NCBI GenBank assembly: GCA_020344215.1
Contig: CP070815.1
Location: 1,064,713-1,084,471, forward strand
Direction: 5' to 3'
DNA length: 19,759 bases
DNA from: Gemmatimonadota bacterium
GTDB lineage: Bacteria; Gemmatimonadota; Gemmatimonadetes; Palauibacterales; KS3-K002
The position numbers and the translations under genes are program-made. Under the pieces are notes generated by a model. That model did no database searches, had not been told where the DNA came from, and was given only the letters and a program-made list of their open reading frames with translations. Each line of letters opens with the position of its first letter. The stretch's first letter is position 1. Shown here piece by piece: positions 7,433 through 14,808 of this stretch.

Positions 7433-9004
7433 ATGAGAGCGATGTTCACGACACTGATCGTGGCGCTCGGTGTGGTGCTCGCGTGCGACGAAGCGCCGAG
7501 TCCCCCGTTAGCGCCGAGGGCCGACTACGTACCGTCCGGTGATCTCATCGCACTGCTGCCACCCTCCACCGTGGTGGCGGTAGAGGTGCGCAACCTCGCC
7601 GGCCGCTGGGACGAGCTGCGGGCCATCCCTGGACTCGCCGGTCTCCAGGACCGGCTGCTCGAGAAGCTTGGGCTCGACGCGGACGACGTTCCCGAGCTGG
7701 CCGGGGAGCGCGCGGTCATAGCTGTCGTGGCCGACGGAGACGCGCGTTCGCTCGTTCCAGTAGCCGTCTTGGATCCGCCATCGCCAGAGGGCGCGTTGGC
7801 CTTCCTCGGCCGGGCCAACGGGTTGGTCGCGCACGAAGGGCGGGGCGCGGTCTGGGTCGGACCTACAGGCCGGGCAGGGTTGGTGGAGCGCATCGCCGCC
7901 GGGAACGGGACCTCGCTTCGCCAGGCGGTGGACTTCGCGGCGTTGGCCGAGCGGCTTCCCGAGGGCGGTCTCGCTCGAGCCGTCGTTCATCCCTGCGCGC
8001 TGCGCGAGCATCTCGGCATGTGGGCGGAGATGCGTGGATCGGACGCCGCGGGCATGCTGGCGGCGCTCTTTCGCTCCGATCTGGAGGCGGTGAAGGTTGC
8101 GGGCTTTCGCCGCGACATAGTAGACGGCGCGATCGTGACCGACGCGTGGGTCGGTTTCGACACCGAAGTCGTTCCCGAGGCCTTCACGCGGGCACTGGCA
8201 ACGCCCCGCGGACCCGCGGTGCTTCCGGCCGATATCCCGGCGGACGTTCTTCTCGCCAGCTCGTTCCGGACGGAAGCCGAGGCGGGCCTGGCGTGGCTGC
8301 GAACCGTCGCCGCCCGCGACCCGCGCGGCCCACTTCGCAACTTCGACTTCTGGGTCGACGAATTCGAGGCGCGAACGGGGCGCGACGTCGAGCGGGATAT
8401 CGTCGGCGCCTTGGGCGAGCGCGGGCTTGCTTTCCTCTTCGTAGGAGAGGATGAAGGGGCGATCGAATTCATCGCGATCTTTGACGCGGGCGACCCGGCT
8501 CGGCTCGAGGCCAGCCTGGTCGACCTGCGGGACTGGATTGCCGAGCAAGTCTGGGGGCGTTCGCTCGGGCTGGCGATGCCGCGATCGTGGAACGCCCATG
8601 AAGATAACGGCGCCGTGTACGGGCTAGACTTGCGCAGCCCGTTCGCGACCCTCAGCGGGCCGGTCTTCCAGCTCGCCAATGATCATCTCGTCGTCGCGAC
8701 GAGCCGGCGCAGCCTTCGTCGGGGTGTTCTGCTCGTAGAAGGGGCGGAGTCTTGGAACACGCCGGCCTGGGCTCTCGGGGAACAGGGTCCACCTGACGAG
8801 ATCGTCTTGATCCGCACTACGGTTTTGGCCCGCGTGCTCGCCGCGGGCGCGGTCCGCTACGCGGGTGATGATGGGTGGTTCCTCGACGCGGTCGGCGAGT
8901 TCCTCGACGGGGCGGGCGACGGTCATCTCCGCGTGCGCTACGAAGAGGGCGGGCTGCGGGTCAGTAGCTCGCTTCGCATCGACGCTCAACGCGCCGGACC
9001 GTAG
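7433..9004 (+). CDS. Lipoprotein of unknown function (523 aa)
   Basis: Strong SD (gaGGAGGTGacccATG). The N-terminus MRAMFTTLIVALGVVLAC carries a lipobox (VLAC). There are no TM segments afterwards. The start is 59 nt after the SPFH stop on the same strand, and a terminator follows at 9032-9081. Confidence 0.8.
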   Translation: MRAMFTTLIVALGVVLACDEAPSPPLAPRADYVPSGDLIALLPPSTVVAVEVRNLAGRWDELRAIPGLAGLQDRLLEKLGLDADDVPELAGERAVIAVVADGDARSLVPVAVLDPPSPEGALAFLGRANGLVAHEGRGAVWVGPTGRAGLVERIAAGNGTSLRQAVDFAALAERLPEGGLARAVVHPCALREHLGMWAEMRGSDAAGMLAALFRSDLEAVKVAGFRRDIVDGAIVTDAWVGFDTEVVPEAFTRALATPRGPAVLPADIPADVLLASSFRTEAEAGLAWLRTVAARDPRGPLRNFDFWVDEFEARTGRDVERDIVGALGERGLAFLFVGEDEGAIEFIAIFDAGDPARLEASLVDLRDWIAEQVWGRSLGLAMPRSWNAHEDNGAVYGLDLRSPFATLSGPVFQLANDHLVVATSRRSLRRGVLLVEGAESWNTPAWALGEQGPPDEIVLIRTTVLARVLAAGAVRYAGDDGWFLDAVGEFLDGAGDGHLRVRYEEGGLRVSSSLRIDAQRAGP

Positions 9005-9031
9005 ACAGCTCCCCACGGAACGGTGCGCCTC

Positions 9032-9081
9032 GCACCCCGGGTGGATGGCCCGTGTGGTCGCCCTACCGGGGTGCTTTTTTT
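9032..9081 (+). terminator. Rho-independent terminator candidate: stem GCACCCCGG / CCGGGGTGC with a 25-nt loop, followed by TTTTTTT
   Basis: gcaccccgg (9032-9040) pairs with ccggggtgc (9066-9074), then a T7 run at 9075-9081. It lies 28 nt after the lipoprotein stop (9004) and ends the GntR-SPFH-lipoprotein unit. Confidence 0.55.
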
Positions 9082-9116
9082 CAGCGATGTGGCGGTTCCT
9101 TGCCGACTCGGCGGCT

Positions 9117-9145
9117 TGCTGCAGGTCGAGGCACGTGCTAGAGTG
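9117..9145 (+). promoter_or_regulatory. Candidate sigma-70-like promoter for the receptor gene (-35 TTGCTG, 17-nt spacer, -10 TAGAGT)
   Basis: cTTGCTGcaggtcgaggcacgtgcTAGAGTgagg. It is followed by a short 5'-UTR hairpin (GTTGCG tcccc CGCAAC at 9149-9165), about 40 nt upstream of the ATG at 9188. Confidence 0.35.
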
Positions 9146-9187
9146 AGGTTGCGTCCCCGCAACTCCTCTGTGGCTGCCGAAAGCTCG

Positions 9188-11512
9188 ATGACTGCATCCG
9201 CGCTCCTCATCGCTCTCCTGCTGGGCCAAACCCAGGCTTCCGTATGGGGCACGGTCCGCGACAGCGAGACCGGCACAGCGGTGGTAGGTGCCACAGTCGA
9301 GATCGTGGATGCGAGCCGAATCTCCAGAACCGACAGCGCCGGATCGTACGCTCTGAGCGGGGTGCCAGCCGGGGCGCGGCACCTGAGGATTTCCAGCCTC
9401 GGGTACAAGTCGCGCACGCTCCATGTATTCGTGCCAGTAGACGGCGATATGCGGCTCGACGTTGCCTTGGAGCCGGAACCGATACGGCTGCAGTCGGTAA
9501 CGGCCAGATCGGCCGGACGGCCGGTGAGGACCGAGACGGAATTCGGTGTGGATAGAGTTCAGCGGGTCGGATCAAGAACCATCACGCAGTGGGACGTTCG
9601 GTCGCATCCCGGACTGGCGGAGCCGGATTTCTTCGAGGCCCTCGGCGGGCAAGGTGTGCTGCTCGATCCGGAGAGCCCGAGCGGGCTGCACGTGCGCGGA
9701 GGGTCCAGCGACCAAAACCTCTTTCTCTTGGACGGGGTCCCGATACACAGCCCCTATCACGCCGCCGGCCACTTCAGCGCCCTCAATCCGGACGCGATCT
9801 CACGAGTGGATCTCCATTCTGTGGTTGCACCGTCTGCGTGGGACGGAGCGCTCTCCGGTGTGGTCGATGCACGGACCCAGGCTCCTGGCACGGACCGAGT
9901 AAGGGTCCGCGGCGCCGTGACTGCTGCTAGCGCCCGGTTGGCGGCCGACGGGCCGCTCCCCTTCGGTGCCGGCGCGTTACTGAGTGCGCGTTGGGGGCAT
10001 CCCGGGTTCTTCGCGCCGCCGGGCGAGAATTCTTACGTGAGGGGCTCGTTCTCCGACGGCCTTGCGAAGGTCGAGGCGCCGATCGGCGGCGGTCGGGTCG
10101 AAGTCCTGGCGTTCACGAGTGACAACAATCTCCGGGTCGCGAGCGTCCCCACCAGGGATGGTGAGAAAACTGACCGGGAGAGCGACCGAGCAGACGTCGG
10201 GTTCGATGACGTGCAAGGACAGAATCTGTTTCGGTGGAAGAGCCGTTCCTATGGGCTCGGCTGGGAGAAACCGCTCGGGGAGCGCACAGCTATCCAAGCG
10301 CGCCTGTGGCGTGCGGATCTCGATGTGGCCTCGTATTGGCTGGCTGCCGATGGTCCGCTCAGTATGTCCAGCCGGCGACGCACGTACGGCTCCCGTCTGA
10401 TCTTGCTGGCTGATGGCAGGACGAGCAGTTCCCGTCTCGGGTTTGGCGTGGAGCGAGACCACACATCCTACTTTGTTGTTCCGCGCGGGACGGGTGGTTT
10501 GCCGACAGAGTCACTCGTAGAGAGTCGCGGCGAGCCCGAGGTCTTTGCCGCGTTTGCCGAACATCAGAGAAACCTGAGCGACCGTGTCCAGGTGCTGCTA
10601 GGATTGCGCGGCAGCTTCATGGCGGGCAAGCATCCGCGACTGGCGCCGCGCCTGTCGCTGCACTGGCCGATTTCGTCTTCCTTTACTGTCTCCGCCGGGT
10701 ACGCACGCACCCATCAGTGGGTCCAATCGCTCCGCAACCCGGAGTCGCTCATCGATAACCTGTTCAACCCGAGCCTTCCCGTCGCAGCCGAGGGTAATAG
10801 CGTTCCGGTCGCACAGTCCGCTCACTTCGGTTTGGCGATCATGGCCCGGCCCGTCGAGGGTGTGAGCGCTGGCTTAGAGGGATATACGCGCGTTCTCAAA
10901 GGACTGGTACTTGTCGCTCCTGCGACGGGTCAGCCATTCGCGGTGGACGGATACGCGGTAGGGCGTGCCCGAGCCTGGGGGGGCGGGGTCAACGTGGAGC
11001 TGGCCGGTGCCCGCTATCGTGCCCTGGTAGACTACGGGTTTGGCGCAGTCAGCTATGATGTGGGAAGTGGAGCGTACAGGCCTGGGTTTGCGGTCAGTCA
11101 CTCGCTTGCGGCGTCGGTGGGCTACTATCCTTCGGCCACGCTGGAGGTTCGATCGGCATTGCGAGCGGAGTTCGGCCGGCCGACCACGCTGGTGGAGGGG
11201 GCGTTCGAATGGGAGGCTTGCAGTATCATCGACGGCGGATGCGAGGTTGAGGGCAGCCCTCAGGAGGTGGCGGGCCCGCTGGGCGGTAGTCGACTGCCGG
11301 CGTACGCCCGTGTCGACATCGGGGTCCGCAAGCACTGGCATTGGCGGCTTCGGGGTCGCGACGGCGTGCTGACCGGTTTCATTACCCTGAGCAACGTTCT
11401 CGGTAGGCGGAACCTGCTCGCCTATACGATCGACCCCGCCACCGGCGAGCTTGCCAGGCTCCCGATGCGTCCTTTCTCTCCTCTCACAGTCGGATTGGAG
11501 TGGAGCTTCTGA
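9188..11512 (+). CDS. TonB-dependent receptor-like outer-membrane protein with an N-terminal carboxypeptidase-regulatory-like domain (774 aa)
   Basis: Preferred start is the ATG at 9188 (MTASALLIALLLGQTQASVWG, signal peptide). The tool's extension back to 9023 is Arg/Cys-rich with no signal peptide. Features: CarboxypepD_reg-like beta-sandwich (VWGTVRDSETGTAVVGATVEIVD...GSYALSGVPAGARHLRISSLGYKS), a plug-domain motif (GLHVRGGSSDQNLFLLDGVPI), then a long beta-rich region ending in the outer-membrane signature ...LTVGLEWSF (C-terminal Phe). Confidence 0.88.
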   Translation: MTASALLIALLLGQTQASVWGTVRDSETGTAVVGATVEIVDASRISRTDSAGSYALSGVPAGARHLRISSLGYKSRTLHVFVPVDGDMRLDVALEPEPIRLQSVTARSAGRPVRTETEFGVDRVQRVGSRTITQWDVRSHPGLAEPDFFEALGGQGVLLDPESPSGLHVRGGSSDQNLFLLDGVPIHSPYHAAGHFSALNPDAISRVDLHSVVAPSAWDGALSGVVDARTQAPGTDRVRVRGAVTAASARLAADGPLPFGAGALLSARWGHPGFFAPPGENSYVRGSFSDGLAKVEAPIGGGRVEVLAFTSDNNLRVASVPTRDGEKTDRESDRADVGFDDVQGQNLFRWKSRSYGLGWEKPLGERTAIQARLWRADLDVASYWLAADGPLSMSSRRRTYGSRLILLADGRTSSSRLGFGVERDHTSYFVVPRGTGGLPTESLVESRGEPEVFAAFAEHQRNLSDRVQVLLGLRGSFMAGKHPRLAPRLSLHWPISSSFTVSAGYARTHQWVQSLRNPESLIDNLFNPSLPVAAEGNSVPVAQSAHFGLAIMARPVEGVSAGLEGYTRVLKGLVLVAPATGQPFAVDGYAVGRARAWGGGVNVELAGARYRALVDYGFGAVSYDVGSGAYRPGFAVSHSLAASVGYYPSATLEVRSALRAEFGRPTTLVEGAFEWEACSIIDGGCEVEGSPQEVAGPLGGSRLPAYARVDIGVRKHWHWRLRGRDGVLTGFITLSNVLGRRNLLAYTIDPATGELARLPMRPFSPLTVGLEWSF

Positions 11513-11656
11513 CCGGCCTGCCCAGCCAGCGGTGCACATTCAGCTTGATTGTCACAAAAGCCTCGACTCGTCGGCTCAGATTATTGACACCGAGCCGGGT
11601 GGCCCGGGACAATAGCGGGTGACAACGCTGGTACCAGCGGCGGGGCAGCGGTCCCT

Positions 11657-12223
11657 TTGGAAGCTCGACTGGCAGTGGGTTCGACAACGGAAACGAGCGT
11701 GACCGGTTCGCAGCCGTTCGACGAGGTGTTCCGCGAGGAATTCGAGCGGCACTTCGCGACCCTGTATCGCTACGTCGACCGCCTTTCGGGCGATCCTGAT
11801 ATGGCCGCCGACATCGCCCAGGAAGCCTTCATTCGCCTCTATCAGCGCCGGGCACTGCCGGTAGACACCGGGTCCTGGCTCGCCGTGGTCGCCAGGAACC
11901 TGTTCCATAACGCGCGCTCCAAGTCGAAGCGAAGGAGCCGCTTGCTGGCGCGCGAAGAGCCACGGCAGCTGACTGGCTATGCCAGCATGTCGCCTGAAAC
12001 CGATTTGGAAGATGCCCGCAGGCGTAAGGCCGTCCGCTTGGCTCTCGATAGTCTGCCCGCACGTGAGCGAGAGATGCTCGTCCTGCGATATGAGGGATAC
12101 ACCTATCGCGAGATCGCGCAGATCGTGGACGTCAACCCGGCCAGTGTAGGAACTTTGCTCGTACGTGCGAAAGAAGCGTTTCGTCGAGCGCTCGAGGATG
12201 GTCACGATGCAACACCTCGATGA
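11657..12223 (+). CDS. ECF-type RNA polymerase sigma-70 family factor (sigma-24 class)
   Basis: Region 2 (FREEFERHFATLYRYVDRLSGDPDMAADIAQEAFIRLYQRR...WLAVVARNLFHNARSK) and region 4 HTH (LPAREREMLVLRYEGYTYREIAQIVDVNPASVGTLLVRAKEAFRRAL). The start is uncertain: TTG at 11657 (tool), GTG at 11675 or GTG at 11699. There is no ATG nearby. Confidence 0.88.
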   Translation: MEARLAVGSTTETSVTGSQPFDEVFREEFERHFATLYRYVDRLSGDPDMAADIAQEAFIRLYQRRALPVDTGSWLAVVARNLFHNARSKSKRRSRLLAREEPRQLTGYASMSPETDLEDARRRKAVRLALDSLPAREREMLVLRYEGYTYREIAQIVDVNPASVGTLLVRAKEAFRRALEDGHDATPR

Positions 12224-12974
12224 AGAATCGATTGAGCTCTTCCTGAGTGGCGAGCTCAGCGAGTCAGAGTCGCACCCCATACGCCGTCACCTGGGGGGAT
12301 GCCAGGCGTGCGTCCGCCGGCTGGAAGCCGCGAGGCAGCAGGATCAAGAGATCGGGGCGCTGTTGGGTCTGTTGGATCATCCCGTTCCCCAGGTCGATGC
12401 CGAGCATGTCGTGCGTCGAGCTCGTCGCCGCTGGCGCCGCCCCTACATCGCTGCTGCGGGCATCGGCTTCCTGGTCGTCGCGGGTGCCGCCTCTGCCATG
12501 CCCGGATCCCCGCTGCGGACATGGTTGGCCCGGCTTTTCGAAGGTGCGCAGGAGACAGGGCTGCGGCCAGGCGCGCCCGCCGGCGTCTCGGGCGGCATCT
12601 CGGTGATCCCGACGGCACAATTCGAGTTGGTGTTCGAGACGGGCCAGGAGTCGGGCGTCATGCGGGTCACCGTCGCCGATGAGGCCGAGTTCGCGGTCCG
12701 CGCCATCGGCAGGCCACCGGCCTACTCCGTAGCACCGGAGGGTGTCCTGATCGAGAATGCCGGGTCGACTGCCGACTATGAGATCGTGGTTCCACGCTCC
12801 GCCGAGAGCATCTGGATCCGAGTTGGGGATTACGTCGTGTTCACCAAGCAGGGAGCGTCGATCGTTACGGCGGCTACCCCGGACGCGCGAGGTCGATATG
12901 TCTTGGAGTTCACTGCGCTTAAGCCCGCCACACCCGCCGAATCCGAGCCTCCCGACGCCGGGCCGCCGCAGTGA
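12207..12974 (+). CDS. Anti-sigma factor of the zinc-finger (ZAS) type, single-pass membrane protein with a ~150-aa extracytoplasmic domain of unknown fold (255 aa)
   Basis: ATG at 12207 (MQHLDEESIELFLSGELSESESHPIRRHLGGCQACVRRLEAARQQ), preceded by GAGGA 9 nt upstream. It overlaps the sigma gene's 3' end by 17 nt. HxxxCxxC motif (H-LGG-C-QA-C). One TM segment (PYIAAAGIGFLVVAGAASAM), then a beta-rich C-terminal domain. The tool's ORF start at 12165 is an in-frame upstream extension inside the sigma gene. Confidence 0.85.
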   Translation: MQHLDEESIELFLSGELSESESHPIRRHLGGCQACVRRLEAARQQDQEIGALLGLLDHPVPQVDAEHVVRRARRRWRRPYIAAAGIGFLVVAGAASAMPGSPLRTWLARLFEGAQETGLRPGAPAGVSGGISVIPTAQFELVFETGQESGVMRVTVADEAEFAVRAIGRPPAYSVAPEGVLIENAGSTADYEIVVPRSAESIWIRVGDYVVFTKQGASIVTAATPDARGRYVLEFTALKPATPAESEPPDAGPPQ

Positions 12975-13145
12975 TTCGACGCTAGCCTAGAAGCCCATCG
13001 GCAGTGGCGGCCTTGCGGCTGCGGTGAGAGCCGGGCGCACCGCTCTGTCACATTCTTCCTCCCTCGTGGGCTCTATAACGGATACCTGTCGGATGGTGGA
13101 GTATGCGTGTGCTCGCATCCCTGACTACAAGAGGGAGGGGTGACC

Positions 13146-14003
13146 ATGAAGAGAGCGATACTTCTCCTAGCAGCATCGGTCGTAGGCCTCGGTTTGATGT
13201 TACCGACGGCAGCCAGCGCGCAGGAAGAGCTACCGGTCTATCTACGAGACCGCGGAACGGGTGTTTCGTCTTCGATGTTCGGAACCTACATACGACGGGG
13301 CGAACTGATCGTCTATCCCTTCTACGAGTACTACCGCGACAGCGACATGGAGTACGAGCCGGCGGAATTCGGCTTTGAGCTCGCCCAGGAATTCCGAGGC
13401 AAGTATCGGGCACATGAATTCCTGCTGTTCCTCGGCCTCGGAATCACCGACGGGCTCATCCTGGAGCTGGAGGCAGCGGTCATCGATGCCACGCTCACCA
13501 AGGCTGAGGACGACCCTTCCGACATGCCGAATGAGCTGAGTGAGTCGGGTCTCGGGGACGTCGAGTCTCAGCTGCGCTGGCGCTGGTTCAGGGAGACCGA
13601 GCGGCGGCCCGAGCTCTTCAGCTACTTCGAGACCGTCTTCCCGACGGGGGAATCCCAATCGCTGATCGGCACCTCGGACTGGGAGTTCAAGTTGGGGGTC
13701 GGCGCCATCAGAGGCTTCGCCTGGGGAACGCTGACGCTGCGGACTGCCATGGAGTTCGATGCTGAAGAGAACAAGTTGGAGTTCGGGGAGTACGCGCTCG
13801 AGTACCTCAAGCGCGTCTCGGATTTCTTGCGTGTGGTCACGCTGGTGGAAGGGGAGCAGGACGAGGTCGAACTGATCCTGGAATCGCAGCTGCACTTCAG
13901 TCCGCGTGTCTTCGCGAAGCTGAATGTCGGCATCGGAGTGACGTCTAAAGCCACGGACCTCGCGCCGGAGCTCGGTGTGATGTTCTCGTTTCCCATTTAC
14001 TAG
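13146..14003 (+). CDS. Putative small outer-membrane beta-barrel protein of unknown function (285 aa)
   Basis: Strong SD (gAGGGAGGGGtgaccATG). Signal peptide MKRAILLLAASVVGLGLMLPTAASAQE. Alternating amphipathic beta-strand-like segments and Tyr/Phe/Trp-rich composition. C-terminal ...GVMFSFPIY ends in an aromatic residue, as beta-barrel assembly substrates do. Markedly more A/T-ending and rare codons (AGA, ATA, CTA, TTA) than the flanking genes. Confidence 0.75.
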   Translation: MKRAILLLAASVVGLGLMLPTAASAQEELPVYLRDRGTGVSSSMFGTYIRRGELIVYPFYEYYRDSDMEYEPAEFGFELAQEFRGKYRAHEFLLFLGLGITDGLILELEAAVIDATLTKAEDDPSDMPNELSESGLGDVESQLRWRWFRETERRPELFSYFETVFPTGESQSLIGTSDWEFKLGVGAIRGFAWGTLTLRTAMEFDAEENKLEFGEYALEYLKRVSDFLRVVTLVEGEQDEVELILESQLHFSPRVFAKLNVGIGVTSKATDLAPELGVMFSFPIY

Positions 14004-14026
14004 ATCTCGTCCCAACTGTCACAACC

Positions 14027-14082
14027 AGGCCCCCTCACAGGTTCCTGACTCAGGCAAACCGACAACACGCACGAGGGGGCCT
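14027..14082 (+). promoter_or_regulatory. 10-bp perfect inverted repeat (AGGCCCCCTC ... GAGGGGGCCT) with a 36-nt loop. The 3' arm contains the SD (GAGGGGG) of the downstream lipoprotein gene. Candidate RBS-sequestering hairpin or intercistronic processing/stability element.
   Basis: aggccccctc at 14027-14036 and its exact reverse complement gagggggcct at 14073-14082, with the ATG at 14084. The repeat sits 24-80 nt after the upstream gene's TAG (14001-14003). No U-tract follows, so it is not a classical terminator. Confidence 0.5.
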
Positions 14083-14083
14083 T

Positions 14084-14794
14084 ATGGAGTCAAAGGTGCT
14101 GACCGTAGTGATCGCTCTGCAGTTGGTGGCTCTCGGGGCATGCGCAGATCAAAGCCCCACCGAGCCCTGGGATCCGCAAATCGATCCGGCAGACTTCGTG
14201 TCCACGATCGATAACCCTTACTTCCCGCTGGAACCGGGTACCACGTACAGCTACTCCGGTGAGACCGAGGACGGCAGGGAGACAGGTGAGGTCCTCGTCA
14301 CGAGCGAAACGAGAGTGGTCCTCGGAGTCACGACGCTCGTCGTTCGCGATCGCGTGTTCCTCGAAGGCGAGCTCATCGAGGAGACGTTCGACTGGTATGC
14401 CCAAGACAGCGAAGGGAACGTCTGGTACTTCGGGGAGGACTCGAAGGAGTTCGAGGGCGGAGAGCTCGTAAGCACGGAGGGCTCTTGGGAGGCGGGTGTA
14501 GACGGTGCCAAGCCGGGCATCATCATGCTGGCCGATCCGACTGTCGGCACGGAGTACCGTCAGGAGTACGCTCCCGGCGTGGCTGAAGACATGGGTAGGG
14601 TGCTCGGCCTCGACGAGTCTGCGGATGCGCCGTTCGGTAGCTTCACCGGGTGCTTGAAAACCGAGGACTCCACACCGCTCGAGCCGGGTGTCCGCGAGCA
14701 CAAGTTCTACTGTCCGGATATCGGCCTCGTGCTGGAGATCGATGTGACGGGCGGTGGGGCTCGGAACGAGCTGATCGACGTTCAGGGGCCATGA
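14084..14794 (+). CDS. Lipoprotein of unknown function (236 aa)
   Basis: MESKVLTVVIALQLVALGAC has a lipobox (LGAC). The rest is hydrophilic and Glu/Asp/Gly-rich with two further Cys (GCLKTED..., FYCPDIG). Same lower-GC codon style as the preceding gene. Convergent with the hydantoinase-family gene, with only 14 bp between the stops. Confidence 0.75.
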   Translation: MESKVLTVVIALQLVALGACADQSPTEPWDPQIDPADFVSTIDNPYFPLEPGTTYSYSGETEDGRETGEVLVTSETRVVLGVTTLVVRDRVFLEGELIEETFDWYAQDSEGNVWYFGEDSKEFEGGELVSTEGSWEAGVDGAKPGIIMLADPTVGTEYRQEYAPGVAEDMGRVLGLDESADAPFGSFTGCLKTEDSTPLEPGVREHKFYCPDIGLVLEIDVTGGGARNELIDVQGP

Positions 14795-14808
14795 GAGCTG
14801 GGCGGCTT

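Noticed and set aside
9023-9187. 55-codon N-terminal extension of the receptor-like protein
   Set aside because: It contains the predicted terminator and promoter and has no signal peptide. The ATG at 9188 begins a signal peptide directly followed by the CarboxypepD_reg domain.
6165-9424. Large antisense ORFs 6165-6836 (minus), 7508-8599 (minus, 363 aa), 7987-8679 (minus), 8624-9424 (minus)
   Set aside because: They are antisense to the SPFH and lipoprotein genes, with low-complexity Arg/Asp/Pro-rich products. They are GC-frame artefacts.
11584-11614. TTGACA-18/19-ACAATA promoter-like element with an embedded CCGGG-tgg-CCCGG hairpin upstream of the ECF sigma gene
   Set aside because: The spacer is too long for a good sigma-70 promoter and there is no ECF-type GGAAC/CGTC motif. 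Left as an unassigned observation.
12165-12206. Upstream in-frame extension of the anti-sigma ORF (MRKKRFVERSRMVT)
   Set aside because: It lies inside the sigma gene's last codons. The ATG at 12207 has a better-placed SD and gives the usual short N-terminus before the HxxxCxxC motif. The ATG at 12198 remains a minor alternative.
13242-14701. Antisense ORFs 13242-14015 (minus, 257 aa) and 14090-14701 (minus, 203 aa) opposite the beta-barrel and lipoprotein genes
   Set aside because: The sense-strand genes have strong SDs, signal peptides and coherent domain features. The antisense translations are Arg/Glu/Leu-rich without motifs.
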